From the NCBI RefSeq assembly GCF_006345805.1, contig NC_042997.1:205220001-205284000 (forward strand): DNA of 64,000 bases. Direction: 5' to 3'. Shown in pieces: positions 27,565-41,482 of the stretch (position 1 is the stretch's first letter; every line of letters starts with the position of its first letter). Source of the DNA: Octopus sinensis (taxonomy: Eukaryota). Under the pieces are notes generated by a model. The model was given only the letters and a program-made list of their open reading frames with translations. It ran no database searches and was not told the origin of the DNA. The position numbers and the translations under genes are program-made.

Positions 27565-29460
27565 CTCTAGTTTCAGCTCAGAGCTGCGGCCATGCTGATG
27601 CACCTTCGTTTTGCTACACTGTTATTACTAAGAGCCTCCTCTAATATGTGGCACTTGGTGAAGAATGGAGTTTGATACAGCTACCCTTATTTGCACCTCT
27701 TGCCGTGAGGTAGGTTCATCTGGGACTCTCGACCGGAAGAGGTCCAGCATTGATTTAAAAACCGCTACATCTACTTTGTGCAAGTTCTTCAGACTCTCTG
27801 GGAGAATATTGAAAAGCTGTGGGCCCTTGAAACCCAGGCTTTTGCAGAAGCTGGTCCTGAAGCGTGATGGCATTGCTGGGATCTTTGGCACTGTGCAGCG
27901 TCGTCCCGTTCTGGCATTGGTGTAGCTGTCAATGCCAAAATTTGGCACAATTCCTTCCAGGATCTTCCAGACATATATTACTGCATACCTCTCCCGTCTT
28001 CTCTCCAGGGATTAGAGTCTTAGCTGTTTCAACCTTTCCCAGTGACTGAGCTGTTGCAAAGAGACGATCTTCTTTGTGAATCTTCTCTGGATTGCTTCAA
28101 GGTCCGCTGTTAATCTCACACTGATGGGTGACCATAGCTGTGAGCAGTAATCCAGGCGACTGAGGACGAATGTCCGCCAGAGGACCATCATGGTTTCCTT
28201 ATCTCTGGTTCTGAATGTTCTTAGGATCCATCCAGCCAATCGTCTGCACTTTGTCGCCATCCTAGTAATGTGCACTTGGAAAGAGGTATCATCACTCATG
28301 TCGATACCCAGGTCCCTCACTGATTTAAGCTCTGGGATTGAAATTCCCTGTGGACCGGTGTATCCTGTAAGTTTAATATTCAGTTTTGGATGCTGGTAGC
28401 GCAGGGCCTGGAATTTTTCAGCATTAAACTGCATATTATTATCCTCAGCTTATCTGTAAATTGAGTCCAACTCCTTCTGCAGGTGTGCAACATCGCTGGG
28501 GTTCTGTATTTTTTGCGAGACTTTCGTATCATCTGCATTGCTTGCAAGGGTGGCTATCCGGGCATTTGAGGGCATATCTGAGAGGGCCACTATAAAAAGC
28601 AGTGGCCCCAAGACAGTGACCTGTGGAACACCGCTCACTGTATGTGTGTTCATAGAGGTGGATCCATTAGCCACTACTGCCTGACTCCTATCTTTCAGGA
28701 AGTCATGTAACCACTCTCCAAGTTTTCCAGCTATGCCAAGGTCACGCAGTTTGTGGCATATCATACCATGATCCACCTTGTCAAAAGTTTGATTTGTTGA
28801 GTAACTTCCTCAACACCCAGTCATAATGTTGTAAGTGCTGGGTCAGGCAGCTTCTACCTGGTGGAAAACCATGCTGGGTATCACTCAGCAAGTTATTTTC
28901 TTCAAGGAATGCGATTAGTTTCCATCTGACTATCCGTTCTATGACTTAGCTGATGTGTGAAGTCAGAGAGATAGGCCTATAGTTTTTATCATCTGCTCTA
29001 CTTCCCCCTTTATGTATTGGACATATTATTGCCTCCTTCGCTTGCTTGGCAGTTTTCCATTTGTAAGAAAGCCCTGGAAGAGAATCTGGAGGGGTTTTGC
29101 CAGGGCATGCTTACACGATTTGAGGAGGGTTGCTGGGAAAGCATCAGGACCAGCAGTTGAGTTTGTGTCCACTTCATCTATGGCTAGTAGTATATCTTCT
29201 TCGCTAATGTCAATGTATTCCATTGTAACTGCCTCGCTGGTTATAGGTGAGGTGGCAAAGAAGCCCATTGGCTCGTTCACGTGTCTGTGTTCCAACGCGG
29301 TGGTAAAGACACTTTTGAACTGGTCATTCAGTATCTCACTGATTTTAGTTGGACAGGCTATGAGGGAACCATCCTTTTGGAGGGGAGTTCCTATCTTGCA
29401 GTGTACTGAGGCTATTTCTTTTTTGCCGTCCTCCCCATGCCAACATTTGCCTTGCATGTA
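27565..29460 (-). mobile_element. CR1/L2-group LINE ORF2 remnant with internal deletions, including its 3' tail
   Basis: SGVPQ(V)TVLGPLLF, NADDTK, MQFNAEKF, WRTFVLSRLDYCSQLWSP and KGPQLFNILP. The Lys/Pro-rich 29460-29890 segment may be leftover ORF1 (uncertain). Confidence 0.88.
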
Positions 29461-30161
29461 AAATTTGCAGGTTCTTGGTTGCCTTCCAGATTTCTTCTTT
29501 CCTGTTGGGTTTTAGATGGCATTGGATCCTCCATGGGGTTTTCTATTGTTTGGTTGGTGAGTTGGGGTTTCGGTTTTGGTTCTTTTGCCTTTTCCATTTT
29601 TTCCTTTCCTTCTTTATTTTTGTTTTCCGTCCTTCCTTTTCTTGTTTTAGAAACTTTTTTCTTCTGATTTTCTAATGGAGTGATGGCTCCGTTCCTTTCT
29701 GGGATCGCTGACATAGGTGGGCTCCCACTTACTGCTTTCTTGTCTCCCCTATCCTTTTCTATCTGGTCGTTCACCGGGGCGGGTGATCCATACTTTTGGG
29801 GAACCTCTGGATTACAGAGACTTCCGGGTTTTGTTTCCTTTTCTTTTTCGTCTTCTCCATCCTTATTAGCCTTGCCAAAATAGTTTTCTCTTATTTATTT
29901 CTCTCACAAAAAATCATTCGAGTTCAAATTAGGAAATATTACAACTAAAATAGGAACTTGCAAAGCACAAAATACAATATGACCTCTGCTCCGCTGGCCA
30001 CAACATTTGTCTTTCTAGTAAATAAATAATAAAATAGATTTACATTCATTTTTAATTAAATACTCTTTATTTCAAATATTTACAAAATAACGAAACTAAA
30101 ATGAATCTTCAATATTTTATGACTTCTATCTATCTTGTTTTTCTCTTACAGAAAACGAAAT

Positions 30162-32363
30162 ATGGCTGCCATGCAGATGACGATAACAACAAGCAGTTCA
30201 CTTTTCCTTGTGATTACTTTTATTGTCGTTCTAATATCACTAAACATAGAAGCGAAGGAACTTGGAAATAACTGTGAAATTAAGATTTCTCCCAATGTCC
30301 ATAAGATTTTATCTCGTTTAGTAAGATCAGACAAAAAGGTTTTCAATTTCGATGTCCATTTATCCGATAAAAGGCTTGATGACCTTCTGAAACCCGTACG
30401 AATGGATTATTTCGCAAACGCGAGACAATTTACCTGGATTCCAGAGGAACCAGATGGTTTAATAGCGTATAAGAATTTCTATTATGATTTTTCAATGCAC
30501 TCTTTCAATGTATTAGGAGCTTACATTGCTACTCTGAGGGTTGATATCGATATAAATTGTGGGAAACAAAATATTCAGAGACATGATTTACTATATTTGA
30601 TTTTCCAGGAATTGAAAATAATCGCAGTGATCGATACATTAAAAATAGGAGAATCTGGTTACATGTGTTTTCTAATAAATTTATCTCAGGACATGAAGAA
30701 GAACAGCCCTGAGTCATTAAAAGCTAACAGAAGAATCGGTTTAAATAGAGAGTTGGTGAAGAACTATTGCTGTAAACTCTATAAAAATGAAAGCTTTGTT
30801 TATCACCCAAAATCAATTTGTTCTGGAAATATCATGGAAAATAGTATGTTTCTCAATTATGCAAATATCGTCGGAACTGTTGTATGGGCATATTTTCCCT
30901 TAATTATTAGTGTTCTTTCACTAACGAAATCACCTTCATTTCCCCATCAAAACACATTGCCATACAGATTAGAATGGATTAACCAAAACCATAATACTTA
31001 CAATTGCCCTCATTTTCTGTCTTGGTTATTTTGCTTTCATCATTCCACTTTCTTGGCCTCAAAATTAAGAAGATTCTTTTTTATTCTATCTTCTCTTTCA
31101 ATAATTTTCCTGGATCTTTTGATGCATTACTTCTGTTTATATGAAACAATAGAGATATTTTTCCAAGATGGTATACCATTGGGACATCGCGCCTTAATAT
31201 TAGGAATATCAGAAAGTTATGAGAATACAGATGGCTTTTTTGGCGGTCCCTTTGTATGGTTAATCTGTTACGTATGTTTCTATTTCATCCTCTTCGTTCT
31301 TCCCAGTCGAGCAAGTGAGACTATCGCTTATAATACATTACATCAAGGATCCACTTTCACGTTTCTCATTCAAAATATGAGTTTATTACAGAAGTATGGC
31401 AATTTAAATGTTTCTACACTACAGGATTATGATCTACTCTATGCAGTAATGAAAGCTAATATTTCTCTAGCTCTAAACCCAAATTTCTGGTATCTAATAA
31501 TCCATACTTGGATTAATCGTATAAAGAAAATTTGGTTATATTACTACAGGAGAAATATTTTCTGGAAATTCATTACACTTTGGCTCTTTGTTTCCATTAC
31601 AATTTTATTTGCTGTATTTTCTGTCTGCGAATTATTTCTGTGCCTCGTTTATTATGGAATCCCAATTATGTATCTGATTTTAACTTTACCTTTCAGCTAT
31701 TTTAAATTTTATATCTTCTCACTCTGTAGGAACAAGAATCGTATTTTTAAGATTACTGCTGTATTTTTTACTTGTCTATTGCTTCCATTGTATTTTTTAT
31801 GGACTCTCGTTACAATCTATATATTTCTTACAAGTTTTCACATCTTATGCTACTACATATTTACGATTGCGGTTGCAGTTCTTGCTGAACCTGATAATGT
31901 CGGGGACGTATGGTTTGTTGCCATGTTTTTCGTCTATAGTGTTGCAATTGTGAACGCCATCATAAAGCATTATGACTCAATAATAGTTCAGTCTATAAAA
32001 CTCACCAAAGCTGTTTGTCCAAGTTTGATTCAGTCAAGCTATGGAGAGGAATTCATAAATGCCAAGCTGTTCAAGACAATTGTTAACCATCATTTTCCAT
32101 TGAGATACGAGATTGGTAAATCCATTATAAAACTGTTTCTCATCGTATCTTTTTTCTTTGCTTGCAACAATATAATAAGTCGAGAAGACTTGGACTTATC
32201 AGCGTTCACAAGGATTACTTTGATATTGATGACGTCTATGATACCTACATTATTGTCTATAATAAACACAAACCGTAGATTAGCAGTAACCATGTTAGAT
32301 AATATTATCGAAACAATTAATGTATATGCCGGAGACGTTATCAAGTTATTTGATATTCTTTAA
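30162..32363 (+). CDS. Copy 3: intact 733-aa uncharacterised multi-pass membrane protein (signal peptide, Cys-containing ectodomain, ~9-11 TM segments), single coding exon
   Basis: Uninterrupted ORF. ATG at 30162 matches the ATG of copies 1 and 4. Hydrophobic N-terminus ending SLNIEA-KE, then a polar ectodomain with 6 Cys, then many hydrophobic stretches. Confidence 0.9.
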   Translation: MAAMQMTITTSSSLFLVITFIVVLISLNIEAKELGNNCEIKISPNVHKILSRLVRSDKKVFNFDVHLSDKRLDDLLKPVRMDYFANARQFTWIPEEPDGLIAYKNFYYDFSMHSFNVLGAYIATLRVDIDINCGKQNIQRHDLLYLIFQELKIIAVIDTLKIGESGYMCFLINLSQDMKKNSPESLKANRRIGLNRELVKNYCCKLYKNESFVYHPKSICSGNIMENSMFLNYANIVGTVVWAYFPLIISVLSLTKSPSFPHQNTLPYRLEWINQNHNTYNCPHFLSWLFCFHHSTFLASKLRRFFFILSSLSIIFLDLLMHYFCLYETIEIFFQDGIPLGHRALILGISESYENTDGFFGGPFVWLICYVCFYFILFVLPSRASETIAYNTLHQGSTFTFLIQNMSLLQKYGNLNVSTLQDYDLLYAVMKANISLALNPNFWYLIIHTWINRIKKIWLYYYRRNIFWKFITLWLFVSITILFAVFSVCELFLCLVYYGIPIMYLILTLPFSYFKFYIFSLCRNKNRIFKITAVFFTCLLLPLYFLWTLVTIYIFLTSFHILCYYIFTIAVAVLAEPDNVGDVWFVAMFFVYSVAIVNAIIKHYDSIIVQSIKLTKAVCPSLIQSSYGEEFINAKLFKTIVNHHFPLRYEIGKSIIKLFLIVSFFFACNNIISREDLDLSAFTRITLILMTSMIPTLLSIINTNRRLAVTMLDNIIETINVYAGDVIKLFDIL

Positions 32364-32864
32364 TAAAAGATGACGCCTGTTGACCTAGAAATACCTGTTA
32401 CAACTATCCTGTATCCACCCCACCCCCACGCAAGCCATTTAAATGTATAATCTCAAAGAATATTTGATTGCTTAATCTTATCTTTCTGCCTGATTTAATT
32501 CAGATTTTTGTTTATTTCGTTTCGAATCAAATAAAGAATTCATTTGGATATCTACTTGAACATTGTTTGACTTTCTTCTCGAAACCCATTCCTCTGGACA
32601 CTATGGCTTATTAATCTCTATCCATTTCCGCTTTTTTGTGCGCGTGTGTGTATCAATCAAAGCATACAGTAATATAGCTCCTTTGCAGCCGATCTTACTA
32701 ATCGTATTCGATAACCAGGTATTAGACACCTGTGTGGTTAATTAGCACCACGTCCTTTGGTAAAATAGCTGATAGGGGATAAAATATAGCAACCGCTCTC
32801 TTATTGGAGGTGAAAATTTTCACGGCCACTCTGTGGATGCTGTGGGGACTAGACTACAGGATGC

Positions 32865-33320
32865 TTGTGAAATCTGGACAGTTTACCAGACATGCTAAAA
32901 AATGTAACCACTTTCACCTGACACACCTGCAAAAAGTTCTTAACATCAGAGGACAATAAAACTCCAAATAGAAGTGTTTTCGACAGAGCTAACATTCCAA
33001 GCGTGTATGCTTTATGAGCGAATTCTAACTGCGGTAGAGTGAACATGTAGCGCACATGCCCGACTTCACTCTTTCCAGACAGATCTTCGCAAAAGTAACA
33101 TTTGGTTCTTGATCACAATGTGGACCAAACAAAAGATACAAAAACACGCACAAGACAACCTTGGAAAAAGTATAACTTAGGGCAGTCAAGTTTGATACAA
33201 CTTGCTAAGAATGGTTTATTGTGTAAAAATCCAAATAACCAAATAAGACGAGTCTATTGGCACTTCACCAAATTGAAGAAGACTTGCAACAGCATAAATA
33301 TCGACAACGTTCATCAGTAG
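32865..33320 (+). mobile_element. RTE-clade LINE 3' fragment carried on the duplicated gene unit
   Basis: Near-identical to ~25975-26430. Confidence 0.75.
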
Positions 33321-33389
33321 AATAAATTTGGTTGAAAGCCTTAATTCCTGGGTACGTCTGAATGCTCCGTGTCTCTATTTTCTTGAATA

Positions 33390-33750
33390 GCAAAGGGAGA
33401 GAGAGTATAATATACATATGGAAAATCCTGGACGGTTATGCGTTCCCAATTTTGACAGAGAGAGTTTTAATGCTGACACAGTCAGCTTCCAAATATATCA
33501 CCTTCAAAATCACAAGCAAAAACACCCCATTGTACCCGCCTGATTTTAAGAGGTCCCTAATTTTCAACTGCCTACCAAAAGAAGTCAGAAGTAAAAACGG
33601 AACCTCAAGTGAAACATTACAAAATAAAACAATAACATTGGATACACTCCGAATGATGATACCGGACCAGGCGACGACCATTCAAGGATACACTCAGGGA
33701 GGACCAGCTGCTACAAATCCAGTAATGGACCAACTTCCAGCCATAGAGTG
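33390..33750 (+). mobile_element. Decayed CR1-like 3' fragment
   Basis: RESIIYIWKILDG and LIFNCLPKEVR resemble the CR1 ORF2 C-terminus seen at 27628-27948. Confidence 0.5.
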
Positions 33751-35859
33751 AGAACAAAACTGAAAGAAAATAAATTAAGGTGGTGCTCCAGTATGGCAGA
33801 GGTCCTACGACTGAAACATTAAAAGAATAACAAGAGCGCTCAGAGCGCACAAACCTCCGCCAAGGCAACACCAACGTCCTCTCAACGATTAGCCAGAGAT
33901 GAAATTTCAGATTGCAGGATTTATGAAATGATATGATGATATTATTGCTTTGCGATTTAAACCGAAACCAAAGGGATCAATGGTGGGAATTTTGTGATTG
34001 TAACAAAGCTGAAGAGAGGAAAGCAGCCAAAAGAGAACTGATTGTCGGATGGTAGAACCCAAAACTGCCTTTCTATGTAGGTAACTTATTGACTTTTACT
34101 ATCAAACTTACAACGGGGAAGTAAACATACCAAGTTGAGTGCACTGGTAGAAGAAAAGAACTGATACTCAAAAATAATATCGATCAATTGGCGATAAACT
34201 GCTGACTAATTGCTTGTTAGAATCTCACGTGTAACATTTATACAAGCTGTGTGAACCATTAAGTGCCGGGTGACTGCGATAGTGTGATAATATCAGAGTT
34301 GAACAAGCATCTGGGAAGATTTTGTGCACGTGTTGACCATCTTTTAATTAGCAAAGTTATGAGGTGTGGTGGCATAGGAGGAACCTGGTCGTAGTTTTTC
34401 TGGTGTAGCTAACAGGTGAAGAAGTGGAGCACATTTTCCAAAATTAGCACCTTTTAAAAAACGTATAATCAAGGAATTAAAAAATGTTAAATAGTAATTA
34501 TTTATAGGTTGAGGTTTATGAAATTTATAATTAATTTTTTTTTGTTTTCGTTAATGACATCTCTAATATTTATAGAAAAAATAAGTGTAATATCACGGAA
34601 TTTATTATCAAGTCAACTGTAGAAAACTATTTGAAGAGGTAGATACTAAAAGATGATTAATAAAAAATGTAAAATAGAAGTTTTGAAGATGAGAAGGAAT
34701 TTACTTATTTACCCACTGCAATACGTATATAATCATCTATGGAGCAGTATAGAAAATTTATATTTATATTGAATGATCTCGAAAAGAATTGTTTATAATT
34801 GTAGAGAAAGCCAAATATAAAGTTAGATTTTTGTATAGTGTAGGGGAGATAACAATTATGGGAAAAGATGCAGTCTTATATCTTTTATAAAACTAAAAAT
34901 TAAATTGATTGACATCATATGTAGATGGATATGTAAGCGCAAATTTCTAGGTGTTACATACGTATATCCGTAAAATTTATGCGTATACATACCGGTGCAA
35001 CCGTATCTACCTATACAAAATGATTTAGTACATAGAAAAGTACACACAAATAAAAACTTACCTATGCATACACACACGCATATACACACACACATATACA
35101 TATAAATATATATGTAACGTCTAAAAATTGATTTGTAAACAATAATATGATATGTGAGAGTCAGCAGTTGTGACAATAAGAGTTTGTTATTAAAACGGCA
35201 AGTTGTAAAATGTGTAAGATGAACAATGCATCAAGTTTTAATGAAAAGTTTATTTACCGTTACGTTACAATACCTTGCCTCGACGGGCAGGTTCATAAAT
35301 CCAAAAGCATGCGAAAGTTAGATTCGGAAGAATGTTGAGTTTGGGTTCTATTCATTGGTTAGTAGTAATTGTGGAGACAGATAGAATGATCTTTTAAGAG
35401 AACAGAATTCGAGCTAGTGAGAGTGAGAGAGTGTGGGACGTTGTCTGAAGTTGCTGGTAGGAATTTTTATTTCTCTCTCTCACCATTTATATTCTAGCAG
35501 TTCTTTCCTTACTAATTGAGTCGTCACGAAGTGCCTTGTTCAGTTGCCGACAAGTTACTAACGCCTCTTTGATTAGGGTGTGCTTGCTTGTATAAAGATC
35601 CAGAAGGATAGATATATCATTGGGAACAATAGATTTAGTTGGTGGTCTTGTTATCTCTATTCTAGCTTTTGGTGAAGTAGAAGAGGTTAGAAAGGGTCAA
35701 GTGGTGAAGGGATTATTTCAGCCTAGCTAAAGGCATCTGGAAAATGTAAAACTACTGTCAGAGAAAAACCATTGTTCCATCGTGGGAAACGTTCTGTAGC
35801 AGTGTTAATTTAAATTTGGCTATGGCGAATCGGATCCACTTCATGCATCGAAGATTCAC

Positions 35860-35988
<129 letters not shown>

Positions 35989-35997
35989 TATATATAG

Positions 35998-36062
<65 letters not shown>

Positions 36063-36677
36063 CGAACACTTACAACAAGATATCTATATATACGACAATG
36101 TTTATACTAAAGCAGCCATACACATCAATACGATAGTATACACACTTATACATAGAATACTCGGACATGTGAACTAATGCCCATAAATAATGCTTATATA
36201 CAGAGTTGAATGTATATATGGCCATATAAGTTTACATACGTAATTATAAACATTATAAAAACATATACTGATGAAAAATTAAGGAATTTATAAAAAATAT
36301 AATTATCAAAATTTTTAAAGTATTATAAACATTGTAATAAACATAATTATAAAACAATTTATAAAAAATTATAAAACTAGTTATTAAAATAATTTATAAA
36401 AATTAATTTATAAAATATATTAAAAAATAACAAAAATTATAGAAATGTAAAAATTTGTATCATACTAGATAGTATTACATGATATTTAGGTATTTGTTAT
36501 ATATACACATATATACTTCCATACATACGTGCAAACATATTCACCTACTAACCTGCACACATAGATATATTTATATACCAAAAATGCACATTTAACAATT
36601 GGAAATAAATTATATTACATTAAAGTTAGTGCATATACATACATACATACATACATACATACATACACACACACACA

Positions 36678-36754
<77 letters not shown>

Positions 36755-39700
36755 CGTATAAAGAAGAGCATAAGAAAATTAATTTCTATGTCAATATGAT
36801 GATAACAGACTTTTTAAATCGTCAATTTCCACATACTATATACCCGCTACAGAAATACGATGTGCAGAAATCGAAGAAAATTAGCCAATAGATTTTTTAA
36901 AAAACAGTTCGTTATTTCTATACTGAATCAATTTCGGAATTAATCTGATAATAGATGATTTTTTCCTCGTCAGTAGAAAATACGAATAGATATTAATAAA
37001 ATACTTACATGCGCCCATGGAAAAAAAGCCGAAGCAAAAATGATGAGTACACATAAGTACCCCAGATATATCTAAATATAAAATCCTTTGGTTAGCCTCA
37101 GCACACGTGTGAACTGTTCTCCACTACAGTTTATAGTGGTTATCAGTCCCTTTTTTGATGTAATATTTTTTCTGTAAAAAAACTTCATCCTATATTTGTA
37201 GTAGATTTATTACTATTCGCTATAGCTGGGCAGACAGACATCATCGTCACTGAAGGGACTAACTGGTTGAGTCATCACCGACTGATTTTTGCTTGGGGTG
37301 TTCTTGCTTTTATAACTATCCAGAAGGATAGATATATCTTTGGGAACAATAGATTTAGTTGGTGATCTTGTTATCTCTATTCTAGCTTTTGTTGAAGTAG
37401 AAGAGGTTAGAAAGGGTCAATTGGTGAAGACATTATTTCGGCCTGGCTAAAGGCATCTGGAAAATGTAAAACTACTGTCAGAGAAAAACTATTGTTCCTC
37501 CGTGGGAAAAGTTCAGTTGTAGTGTTAATTTAAATTTGGTTATGGTGGATCGAATCCACTTTATGCATTCAAGATCCACTACAACACTCCCATTGCCAGT
37601 GAGGTTCCGGGAGAGGAAACGAACGATCGAAGGTGACAACGAAATGCATGTTAAATGCCTTGGAATGTTTTCCAGCAGTGAAATGCATCTGGTGCTGTTG
37701 TCATGGTTAATTGCTGAGTTAGCAAGGGTGACAGTGTAAACATGCTGCAGTGATGCACGAGACAGATAATTTTCTCTGTGAATTACGTGACCAAACGGGG
37801 GTCTAACAGGGGGAAATTATGTCAAAACATGAGAGCAGAGCATGTGCTCATCCGACGTGCTTCGAGTCGGGAGAAGAATTGAGCTGACGCAGACGTGTTG
37901 CAAAACAAGTGGGTAGATGTGCATAGCAGAGGTGCATGTGCATGAGTGCAATAGAGCTTTAAAGGCTGAGGCTAATGTTAGTGCATTGTTTAAAAAATAC
38001 AGTGTACAGTATTGAATATGCCAGTGATTAATGCCGTAAGGCTGCAGCCGGTGCATGAGGTAATATATGCCTCGATCGTGCAGGAGCGAAAGTGTGGCAT
38101 GTTGGCGCATTGTAAGGGACAAACAATTTTTTCTATGTATGCGTGACCGACCTAGGGTCTTACAGAGATGAGTCGTGTCTACAAAGGCACATTGAGCATG
38201 GGAAACAAGGGAGATAGGCATGTGTGGTGCATGAATGTGACAGAGATAACATTTGTGTGTGTATGAACCATGCGTGCAGATGCGTGCGCAAGGCCAGGCG
38301 CTGAGGAAAGGTGCATGCTTGTATATATACAACAATACAAACATTTTGAAAGTGAACAAAATATGTACATGCAAAATATGAATAATAATAATGAAGAACA
38401 TGCAAAAGGATATGCACGTAAATTTAGCAGTTTTCGTGAAACGAGTCGTTGCGGAATGTGCATCGCGGAATGTGCATAGCGGTATAAGTGCATCGCGGAA
38501 TGTGTGCATCGCGGAACGTGTGCATCGCGGAATATGTGTAACTCGTAAACAAATGGAAGTGTACAGTGAAAACAGAACAATAAAATAAGCGAAAATAGCA
38601 AACTTAGCTGAAAATAGTGTCCCTTGTTAAAAGTCTACAACTGAAAGTGAATAGATGCGCATACAAAGAAAAAGAGTTGTTGAAAGTCTATGTGAGAGTC
38701 TTATGCACGTGCAAATGTTCAAAGGCAATGGAGGATGTGTACGTCGGGACGAGACGAAAAGCGTGTGTGTACCGAAAAGGTTGCATATGCGGGCTTCCGT
38801 ATTTTCGTCCAGTTAGTTTCTGGGCATGTAGCTGTTGAAATCATGCATCTATTGGCGGCCTTCATTGTGCGTCGGCTGTGTTGCATTGTTGTGGATTGCA
38901 TCGCAGTATAGGGTTTTTTGTAGTAGGTCGGGGGGTGCATCTTCATTGTGACGAAGGTTGTCATTCTTTTACTTTGGTTTGGTGTCGGTTGATATTCTAG
39001 TTCTTTACTTCGAATGAGCAAAAATGCAGCGGCATGAAGCATCGGAAGGTGTCAATTCTCTTTACACGGGTTCACCAATTGTAAGCGATGAAGTTTTATT
39101 TTTGTAGCGATGCCTATTATGGCGCAACGTTGGGGTCGCCAGTTTGTAAGAGTTGATTCTTGGGAAGGCTGCAATGCCCTTGTTTTTGTAGCGGGAGAAA
39201 TTGCTTTGTACACAATATTATGAACGATAAAAATTTGTTGCTATAACTGCATACTATAGGATGTGAAAGATGAACAATGCATGAAGTTTAAGAAAGTATT
39301 TATTTACCGTTACGTTGAAAAATACCACACCTCGACGGGCAGGTTATGATAAATCCAAAAGGGTGTGAAAGAAAGTTAGATGTGGTAATTTATTTTGTAT
39401 AGTTTGGCGTACACAAATTGTTAGTAGTAATCCACAGATAGCGATAGATGATGTCGTAAGGGAACAGAATTAGTGCTAGTGAGAGTTGTAGCGTGTTGTC
39501 TGACAGTGGCAGATAGTAAACGTCATTTCTCCCCCTGACCAAGGTTCTAGCTGGGCAGACAGACATCGTCTAACTGGTTGAGTCGTCACCGACTGATTTT
39601 TGCTTGGGGTGTTCTTGCTTTTATAACTATCCAGAGGGATAGTATATCATTGAAAACAATGGATTTTTGGTGAAGTGGAAGAGGTTAGAAAGGGTCAAGT

Positions 39701-39883
39701 TGGGAAGACATTATTTCAGCCTAGCTATAGGCAAATGAAAATGTAAAATTGCTGTCAGAAAAAAAGTATTGTTCCACCGCGGGGAAGTGTTGTTGGCAGT
39801 GCCAACTTAAATTTGGCTATTGTGGATCGAATCTACTTCATGCATGCAAGATACACTACACAAACACACACACACACGAACGC

Positions 39884-39915
<32 letters not shown>

Positions 39916-40039
39916 TAATGTATATAATATATATATATATGTAAATATATATATATATATAATATGAGGGAATATTATTCCAACTTACAGGAAAAAATTG
40001 AATTTAGAAATACTAAATCGAATTTCACAGCATATATAC

Positions 40040-40158
<119 letters not shown>

Positions 40159-40337
40159 TATATAATATTATATATATATAAATCAGAAACAAATACCGTT
40201 TAACCAAATCAATAATGAAAGATTAAATTATACCTTAGAAATCTACATATTATAGAATGATTAAATATAAGATAAAACATATAACAATGATTAAATAATG
40301 TACAAAATAGAAAATAAAACGTATATATTTGGTAGAA

Positions 40338-40430
40338 TAACGACACTTGTTTCGTAGCTATATTTAAGAAATGATGATATTAATAATTAGAGTAAAATTC
40401 CTTCAATATATATAACCACTCTTCAGGTTA
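40338..40430 (-). ncRNA. Type I hammerhead ribozyme fold with a long loop II
   Basis: Minus strand: taac CTGAAGA GTGGTTATAT...ATATAGCTAC GAAAC AAGT GTC| gtta. Intact core, 10-bp helix II with two G-U pairs, 4-bp helix I, 3-bp helix III. Confidence 0.65.
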
Positions 40431-40578
40431 AAAATAAAACAATAAAATATTTATTTAGAAAAAGTAATAAATATACGTAAATAATCTTGTAAAATACGAA
40501 ATATCTTAACAAATATATTCTTGTTTAAATAAAATATAGAATAAAAATAGGATATAATTAATTATATATATATATATC

Positions 40579-40723
<145 letters not shown>

Positions 40724-41313
40724 ATAAACAATATATATTTAATATAAAATATACATTGAGTGAAAACTAAATACTATAATTTAATTATATACATTAAATT
40801 ATATTATATTTATTTATTTATTATATACATCTAAATAAAATCTTACACTCATTAAGTAATTTATATTAAAACTGTAATGTTAAGTAATATAGATAATGTT
40901 AGTACAAGCTATACATATTAAAATTAAGAATAGGAAATGGTTTAATTATATACACACCTATTAGATAAACTAATTATATTTTCAATATATATGTAGTATC
41001 TATAGATTTAACATTTTACTCAATTATATAGTTGACCAAAATATCAATTAATATTAAATACATTTACTTAAATGTAATACTACATAATAAATAGACCACC
41101 TAACTATTGAATAATATATTGTCTTACAAAACTAATTCTCACATTAAATTATATATAATTCGCTAAATCACATTATAAAAATAATAATAATAATATGGTA
41201 TAAAAAAAAATATATATATACATAGCATTACTAATAATTATCAAGAAATTATATATAAATTAATATTTTAACAACAAAAACAACAACAACAACAATAATG
41301 ATAATAATAATGA

Positions 41314-41351
<38 letters not shown>

Positions 41352-41391
41352 TAATAATAATAATAATAATAATATTAATGATAATAATAAT

Positions 41392-41456
<65 letters not shown>

Positions 41457-41482
41457 TAATAATAATAATGATACAATTCAAA

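Noticed and set aside
29412-29883. Independent Lys/Glu/Pro-rich host gene or exon
   Set aside because: It runs directly into LINE ORF2 sequence on the same strand, so it is more likely residual LINE ORF1/5' sequence.
30135-30161. Upstream TTG start in the ORF track (742 aa)
   Set aside because: It lies in the pyrimidine tract of the putative intron. The ATG at 30162 aligns with the other copies.
30162-32363. Octopus chemotactile receptor / nAChR-like identity
   Set aside because: No Cys-loop (nearest spacing is C-x15-C) and many more than four TM segments. No GPCR motif was recognised either, so no gene symbol is given.
37817-38601. 230-aa and 140-aa minus-strand ORFs
   Set aside because: No recognisable motifs, overlapping ORFs on both strands, and partly built from short repeats.
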